Shown here: one piece after another, positions 59,075 through 64,000 of the stretch
Position numbering within the stretch: the stretch's first letter is position 1
How the letters are laid out: every line of letters begins with the position of its first letter
Origin: Deltaproteobacteria bacterium
Lineage (GTDB): Bacteria > Myxococcota > B64-G9
DNA: 64,000 nt
NCBI GenBank assembly: GCA_016935365.1
Contig: JAFGRB010000371.1
Location: forward strand, 4,250 to 68,249
Direction of reading: 5' to 3'
Notes under the pieces: model-generated
What the model was told of the DNA's origin: nothing
Seen by the model: only the letters and a program-made list of their open reading frames with translations
The model's database searches: none
Made by a program: the position numbers and the translations under genes

Positions 59075-60958
59075 ATGAGCCAGATGAGTCGCAAGCCGAG
59101 CTACGATCCCGCCTGGCAGGAGAAGTACAGCAAGATGATCACCACGGCCGAGGAGGCGGTTTCGCATATTCGTCCTGGCCAGCGAGTCTTCATCGGCACA
59201 GGCTGCGCGCAGCCCCAGGAGCTGGTCAGGGCGCTGACCGCCCGCTCCTACGAGCTGGCCGATACCCAGCTGGTCCACCTCTTGACCATGGGGGATGCGC
59301 CGTATGCCCACAAGGAGCTGTCGCAGTACTTCTCGGTCAACTCGTTCTTCATCTCGGACAACGTGCGCGACATCATCCAGGAGGGCCTGGGGCAGTACAC
59401 CCCCATCTTTCTGTCCGACATTCCGGGCCTGTTCGACTCCGGGCAACTCCCGCTCGACGCCGCCCTGATCCACGTCAGCCCTCCGGACGAGCGGGGCATG
59501 GTCTCGCTGGGCATCTCGGTCGACATCGTCAAGAGCGCAGCCGAGAACGCCGCCCTGGTCATCGCCCAGGTGAACCCCCGCATGCCCCGCACCCTCGGCG
59601 ACAGCTTCCTGTCGGTCCACGATCTGGACTACCTGGTGCCGGTGGACGCTCCGCTGCTCGAGGCGGCCGCGCCGGAGCCGGACGAGGTGACCCGGAAGAT
59701 CGGCGAGTACGTCGCCGGGCTGGTCGAAGACGGCTCCACACTGGAGCTGGGTATCGGGCGGATCCCGCACGCGGTGCTCGAGAAGCTGGGAGACAAGCAG
59801 GACCTGGGCATCCACACCGAGATGCTCAACGATGCGATCATCGACATGGTCGAGTCGGGGGTAGTCTCCGGCAGGCAGAAGTCCATCGATCGCGGCAAGG
59901 TGGTGGCCAGCTTCTGCACGGGCACGCGTCGCCTCTACGATTACATCGACAACAATCCGGTCTTTGCCTTTCACCCGACCGAGTACGTCAACGACCCGTT
60001 CCTGATCGCCCAGCAGCACAAGATGGTGGCCATCAACGTGGCTCTGGAGATCGATCTGACCGGCCAGGTCTGCGCCGACTCGCTGGGCACGCGCTTCTTC
60101 TCGGGCATTGGCGGACAGGTCGACTTCAACCGCGGTGCCGCGCGGGCCGAGGGTGGCAAGGCCATCATCGCACTGCCCTCGACGGCCAAGGGCGGCTCGG
60201 TCTCGCGCATCGTGGCCCAGCTGAGCGCCGGTGCCGGTGTGGTGACCACGCGGGGGGATGTCTACTACGTAGTGACCGAGTACGGGGTGGCCTATCTGCA
60301 CGGAAAGAGCGTCGGCGAACGCGCCCTGGCCCTGATCGGCATCGCCCATCCCAGTTTCAGAGAGGAGTTGCTCCACCGGGCGATCGAGTTCAAGCTCCTG
60401 CGGCCCGAGATGGCCGACGTGGAAGGCAAGCTGCGCATCGAGCCTCCCGAGATGCGCACGACGTACTTGCTCGACGACGGGACCCAGATCAACTTCCGGC
60501 CCATGCTGCCCACCGACGAGCCCCGCTTCAAGGACCTCTTCTACGCGCTCAGCCAGCAGACCGTGTACTACCGCTTCATGTCGCACTTGAAGCGGATTCC
60601 CCTGAAGCAGATCCAGAACTTCGTCTACGTGGATCACCGCAACGACGTGGCGATCGCCGGGACGGTGCCCGAGGCGCATGGAGACGAGATCGTGGCCATC
60701 GGTCGCTACTACCTCGATCCGCAGACCAACCGCGCCGAGGTGGCCTTCGTGGTCCGGGACGAGTGGCAGGGGCGCGGGATCGGCAAGTTCCTCTTGCGCT
60801 ACCTGGCCACGATCGCGCGCCGAAACGGCATCCGGGGCTTCACCGCCGAGACGCTGCGCGACAACAAGGCCATGCAGGCCGTTTTCTACAAGAGCGGTTT
60901 CGACGTCAAGAGCAGGCTGAACGACGACGTCTACTCGTTCACGATCGACTTCGCCTGA
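59075..60958 (+). CDS. acetyl-CoA hydrolase/transferase (4-hydroxybutyrate CoA-transferase-like) fused to C-terminal GNAT acetyltransferase, 627 aa
   Basis: AcetylCoA_hydro N/C domains (..GQRVFIGTGCAQPQELV.., ..VAINVALEIDLTGQVCADSLGTRFFSGIGGQVDF..). After ~aa 440, GNAT core ..VAFVVRDEWQGRGIGKFLLRYLATIARRNGIRGFTAETLRDNKAMQAVFYKSGF.. (Q/RxxGxG/A acetyl-CoA site). Confidence 0.8.
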   Translation: MSQMSRKPSYDPAWQEKYSKMITTAEEAVSHIRPGQRVFIGTGCAQPQELVRALTARSYELADTQLVHLLTMGDAPYAHKELSQYFSVNSFFISDNVRDIIQEGLGQYTPIFLSDIPGLFDSGQLPLDAALIHVSPPDERGMVSLGISVDIVKSAAENAALVIAQVNPRMPRTLGDSFLSVHDLDYLVPVDAPLLEAAAPEPDEVTRKIGEYVAGLVEDGSTLELGIGRIPHAVLEKLGDKQDLGIHTEMLNDAIIDMVESGVVSGRQKSIDRGKVVASFCTGTRRLYDYIDNNPVFAFHPTEYVNDPFLIAQQHKMVAINVALEIDLTGQVCADSLGTRFFSGIGGQVDFNRGAARAEGGKAIIALPSTAKGGSVSRIVAQLSAGAGVVTTRGDVYYVVTEYGVAYLHGKSVGERALALIGIAHPSFREELLHRAIEFKLLRPEMADVEGKLRIEPPEMRTTYLLDDGTQINFRPMLPTDEPRFKDLFYALSQQTVYYRFMSHLKRIPLKQIQNFVYVDHRNDVAIAGTVPEAHGDEIVAIGRYYLDPQTNRAEVAFVVRDEWQGRGIGKFLLRYLATIARRNGIRGFTAETLRDNKAMQAVFYKSGFDVKSRLNDDVYSFTIDFA

Positions 60959-60964
60959 GCCGCG

Positions 60965-61774
60965 CTACTTCTTCATCTGCTGGCCGAACTCGTCCGCGCT
61001 GAAAAAGCCCTTTTCGATCAGCATCTTCGTGAGGTTGGTGATGATCGTGGTGGCCTTGCGCTGGTTGCGCATCAGCCGGTCCAGCCACGCATCCAGCTCG
61101 GCCGGGATCTCGGGGGATGCGTCCCGCGCGGGCAGGGGGGGCTCTGGCATCTCGGACGGGAGTGGCGGGGCGGGCGGGACCTCGAGCGCGCCCTCCTGCC
61201 GGACGCCGCCCACATGCTTGACGAGGGTCTTGCCGGACATCAGCGAGACCACCTTGAACTCCTCTTCCTCCTCCTCCTCGGACAGAGACAGATCGATGGC
61301 GTTCTCGGAGAAGGGATTGACCTCGGTCAGCGCGCTGCCGTATTCACGCTCGATGTACTCGCGGATTTCGCTGGGCCGGCCCACGAGGGGGCGCAGCAGG
61401 CGCAGGCCGCTGAGGATGCGGGCCTCGTTCTTGATGTCGTTGTCGAGCGGATCGGCCATGGCCAGCCAGAGCGTCGTGCCGCCCTCGCGGATGGCGCAGG
61501 GAAAGACGCAGTTCTTGGAACAGAACTCGGCCGGGAGCTTCTGGAGCGCGAGCGGGTCGATCTGCATCTTGGCGAGCGATATCAGCGGCAGGTTGCTGAC
61601 CGAGGCCAGGATGCCGGCAACCTGCTCCTCGGTCACGAAGCCCATCTTGACCACCATCAGGTGGAAACGCCCACCCCACTGGACCAGGTGATCCTGCACG
61701 GCGCGGAACTGCTCGTTGTCGATCAGGCGTCGGGTGACGAGTACCCTGGCTACTTTCGAGTCGATCGGATCCAT
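60965..61774 (-). CDS. MshEN/T2SSE_N-domain protein (GspE N-terminal-like) with acidic linker and Pro-rich C-terminal region, 269 aa
   Basis: ..VARVLVTRRLIDNEQFRAVQ.., ..VTEEQVAGILASVSNLPLISLAKMQIDPLALQKLPAEF.., ..LWLAMADPLDNDIKNEARILSGL... Then EEEEEEE and PPAPPLPSEMPEPPLP. No ATPase domain. Confidence 0.6.
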   Translation of the reverse strand: MDPIDSKVARVLVTRRLIDNEQFRAVQDHLVQWGGRFHLMVVKMGFVTEEQVAGILASVSNLPLISLAKMQIDPLALQKLPAEFCSKNCVFPCAIREGGTTLWLAMADPLDNDIKNEARILSGLRLLRPLVGRPSEIREYIEREYGSALTEVNPFSENAIDLSLSEEEEEEEFKVVSLMSGKTLVKHVGGVRQEGALEVPPAPPLPSEMPEPPLPARDASPEIPAELDAWLDRLMRNQRKATTIITNLTKMLIEKGFFSADEFGQQMKK

Positions 61775-61859
61775 GGCCGGTCTCGGTCTCCGCAGCCCAG
61801 AGTATACGATGTCTTCCGCCCGGCGGCCAGTATCTGCCCGCAGGCTCTCATTTGCCTGC

Positions 61860-62696
61860 TCATCGATTCGCGTAGCAGTACACGCAGCCGTGTCCGCACG
61901 TGCCGTTCGTGCCGATGTCCCGGCTCCGGGCGCACAGGCAGTGCGGCCGCTGGCCCGGATCCTTGGTGCCGTCGAGCTCGATGCCCCAGATGGCGCGGAT
62001 GAGGTCCGCGTCGATGCAGGCGCCGGCGGGGATGCCCGCAGCGCTGAAGTCCCACTCCGAGGCGCAGGACTGCATCTGGACGCCGCGGGCATTGGCCATG
62101 GCCGCGAGATCGGCGAGCAAGGCGGTCGCCTTGCCGCTCTGGGCGACGTCGCGCTCGAAATGCACGCCCTGCTGCTCCAGGCCGCGGAGCCTGCGGTCCA
62201 CCTTGCGATAGTAGGTGAGCAGGCTGATGATGACGCGGCGGGTATGGCCTTCGAGGGCCGCGCACAGCCGCTCGAAGGCCCGGCGGTGAAAGTCCGGATC
62301 CGTGCGGTTCGACAGCACGATGGGATCGTATCGCCAGCACACCCGCTGCGGTCCCAGCCGGTCGGACAGGCGCAGGAACGAACCGATCCGCGCATCGAGC
62401 GCCGGCAGGCCCGGCTCCAGATCCCGGCCATAGGCGTTGAGCGTGAACAGGAAGTAGTAACGATCCTGCCTTTCGTCCAGCATCGCGAGCCGCTCGAAGA
62501 ACGGCGCCGGATCCTTGGTCCAGAACACGAAGGCATACACATCTCGGCGCCGCAGAGAGAGGGTCGAGACCTGGCGCGGGTTGAAAGGGTTGGCCACCTG
62601 CACCGAGCCCGCCCGCAGGCGCTCTGCGAACCAGGCGCCTAAAAACGCGGGGATGTCGGTCCTTCTGGATGCGGAGATGATCACGGCGGCTGGCAT
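61860..62696 (-). CDS. DUF1848-like protein (278 aa) with C-terminal Cys cluster
   Basis: ..AVIISASRRTDIPAF.., ..FWTKDP.., C-terminal ..HCLCARSRDIGTNGTCGHGCVYCYANR. Family assignment from memory only. Overlaps mutM 3' end by 16 nt. Confidence 0.45.
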   Translation of the reverse strand: MPAAVIISASRRTDIPAFLGAWFAERLRAGSVQVANPFNPRQVSTLSLRRRDVYAFVFWTKDPAPFFERLAMLDERQDRYYFLFTLNAYGRDLEPGLPALDARIGSFLRLSDRLGPQRVCWRYDPIVLSNRTDPDFHRRAFERLCAALEGHTRRVIISLLTYYRKVDRRLRGLEQQGVHFERDVAQSGKATALLADLAAMANARGVQMQSCASEWDFSAAGIPAGACIDADLIRAIWGIELDGTKDPGQRPHCLCARSRDIGTNGTCGHGCVYCYANR

Positions 62697-63487
62697 CTCG
62701 GGCAGAGGTGCGTGCTGCGCTGGCCCGCCATGATCCGCTGGATGGGCGTGCCGCAGCGCGGGCACGGCTCGCCCGCCCGGCCGTAAACCCGGAGGTAGTC
62801 TTGCATGCGGCCTCCGGGGTAGATCCAGTCGATCGACGTGCCGCAGCGGCGGATGCCATCTCGGAGCACGCTGCGAATGGCCCGCCGGAGCCGGCGCACC
62901 TCATTCGGATCCAGATCGCAGGCGCGGCGCAGGGGATGCAGGCCGGCCCGGAAGAGCGCCTCGTCGGTGTAGATGTTGCCCAGCCCGGCCACAAAGGCCT
63001 GATCGAGCAGCAAGGGCTTGATGCGCCGACGTCGCTCGCCGAGCATGCGCAGCAGGCGCGCCGCGTCGAAGCCGGCGGACAGCGGCTCCGGCCCGAGCGC
63101 GTCCAGGGCTGCCTCGACGTCTCGCACGTGCCGGATGCGCCCGAACTTGCGCGCATCGCAAAACAGCAGGCGCTCGCCGCCCTGCATAATAAGCCGGGCT
63201 CTCTCGTGGGGTTCTGGGAGCCGGACACCGCTCCGGTCGACCCAGGCCAGCCGGCCGCTCATCTTGAGGTGCAAGAGAAGCGCACTGCCGTCGTCGAGGT
63301 GGATGACGATCAGCTTGCCCCGCCTGGCCAGCTCCAGGATCCGCCGCCCGCACACGGCTCGCCGCACCCGCGCGACGGACGGGGAGATCTGCCGCGGCCA
63401 GCTCGCCTCGAAGCCCGCGATTCGCTTGCGAAGCAAACGGGGCCGAAAACGCCGAACGATCGTCTCCACCTCGGGCAGCTCGGGCAT
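62681..63487 (-). CDS. mutM: formamidopyrimidine-DNA glycosylase MutM/Fpg
   Basis: MPELPEVETIVRR (N-terminal Pro-Glu catalytic dyad), H2TH region, C-terminal zinc finger CPRCGTPIQRIMAGQRSTHLCPRCQ. Confidence 0.85.
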   Translation of the reverse strand: MPELPEVETIVRRFRPRLLRKRIAGFEASWPRQISPSVARVRRAVCGRRILELARRGKLIVIHLDDGSALLLHLKMSGRLAWVDRSGVRLPEPHERARLIMQGGERLLFCDARKFGRIRHVRDVEAALDALGPEPLSAGFDAARLLRMLGERRRRIKPLLLDQAFVAGLGNIYTDEALFRAGLHPLRRACDLDPNEVRRLRRAIRSVLRDGIRRCGTSIDWIYPGGRMQDYLRVYGRAGEPCPRCGTPIQRIMAGQRSTHLCPRCQPP

Positions 63488-63734
63488 GGCGAGCGCGATC
63501 CTCACACGTCTCGAAGGTGTGCACAAGCGCGGGTGCACGATGATTGACCAAGCTATGCGTCCCCCTCCCTCGGCCTTCGGCCGGTCCCTCCCGCCAGGGG
63601 AGGGATGGATAACACTCTGTGCACATTGGAAAATCAACCTCCCCCTGACGGGTGGGGGTAAAACGCGACAGCGGATGCCTCGGGAAGATGGGGGATGACA
63701 CGCCCGCGCGGTCTGGGATAGGCTGCGGGTCTGG

Positions 63735-64000
63735 AGGTGCGTTCGTGTGGCGTTCTGGCAGCGGGGTGCTCGTCGGTGCGGCGTTTGTCTTTCTGGCCTG
63801 TCCAGCCAGGTCGCAGGAGCAGCCCCTGGCGCTGGTCACCGATCGGCCCAGCTTCTCGGAGTCCAGCGCGACGGTGCCCCAGGGGCACCTGCAGCTCGAG
63901 TTCGGTCTCGAGTACAGCCACACCCGGGAGACCGAGACGGCCTCGGCGATCTTCCCCATGCTGCGCTATGGGCTGACCGAGGGGACGGAGATCAGGATCG
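63735..64000 (+). CDS. outer-membrane beta-barrel protein, MetA-pathway/transporter-like (N-terminal fragment, continues past window)
   Basis: Manual frame: V-WRSGSGVLVGAAFVFLACPARSQEQPLALVTDRPSFSESSATVPQGHLQLEFGLEYSHTRETE..IFPMLRYGLTEGTEIRI. Signal peptide then TDRP..ES..V..G..Q.E.G pattern. Not the frame shown on the ORF track (63737..63976). Confidence 0.5.

Noticed and set aside
61214-62642. Plus-strand ORFs 61214..62002 and 61716..62642 between the MshEN gene and mutM
   Set aside because: Antisense to the MshEN-domain and DUF1848-like genes. Low-complexity Arg/Ala/Gly-rich products.

Overview
High-GC (~68%) bacterial chromosomal window spanning the replication-origin neighbourhood. The minus strand carries mnmG(partial)-mnmE-small ORF-jag-yidC-yidD-rnpA-rpmH. 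A DnaA-box/AT-rich oriC candidate follows, then dnaA-dnaN-recF on the plus strand. An SSF symporter and nagA sit between recF and gyrB. gyrB, a fabH-like KAS III, a hypothetical gene and gyrA come next. Two MYXO-CTERM-like C-terminal sorting signals suggest a Myxococcota origin (inference). Downstream there is an F0-only ATP synthase operon (atpZ/I/B/E/F) and a peptidoglycan-recycling cluster (ldcA, AmpH-like serine hydrolase, mpl, alpha/beta hydrolase, M20D amidohydrolase). A 1628-aa SF1 helicase-nuclease fusion (DUF4011/DUF3320/double zinc ribbon) follows, then two tandem paralogous secreted trypsin-like proteases with MopE-type Cys/Asp repeats and a tightly coupled small Cys-rich lipoprotein. 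An intergenic block packed with hairpins separates these from a secreted hypothetical protein and a Tat-signal TldD/PmbA pair. Further on are a very cysteine-rich small protein (period-3 CxxC run), a SAM methyltransferase, a GT4 glycosyltransferase and a membrane protein with an 18-bp tandem repeat. An acyl-CoA/acyl-phosphate metabolic cluster follows: a 1409-aa BadF-type activase/dehydratase fusion, a fused butyrate kinase-phosphotransbutyrylase, a degenerate Acs-like protein, an ADP-forming acetyl-CoA synthetase-like protein and a CoA-transferase-GNAT fusion. The window ends with an MshEN-domain protein, a DUF1848-like protein, mutM and a partial outer-membrane beta-barrel gene. No transposases, integrases, CRISPR arrays, rRNA or tRNA genes were recognised. 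Many long ORFs on the ORF track are Arg/Ala/Gly/Pro-rich antisense or alternate-frame artefacts of the high GC content.
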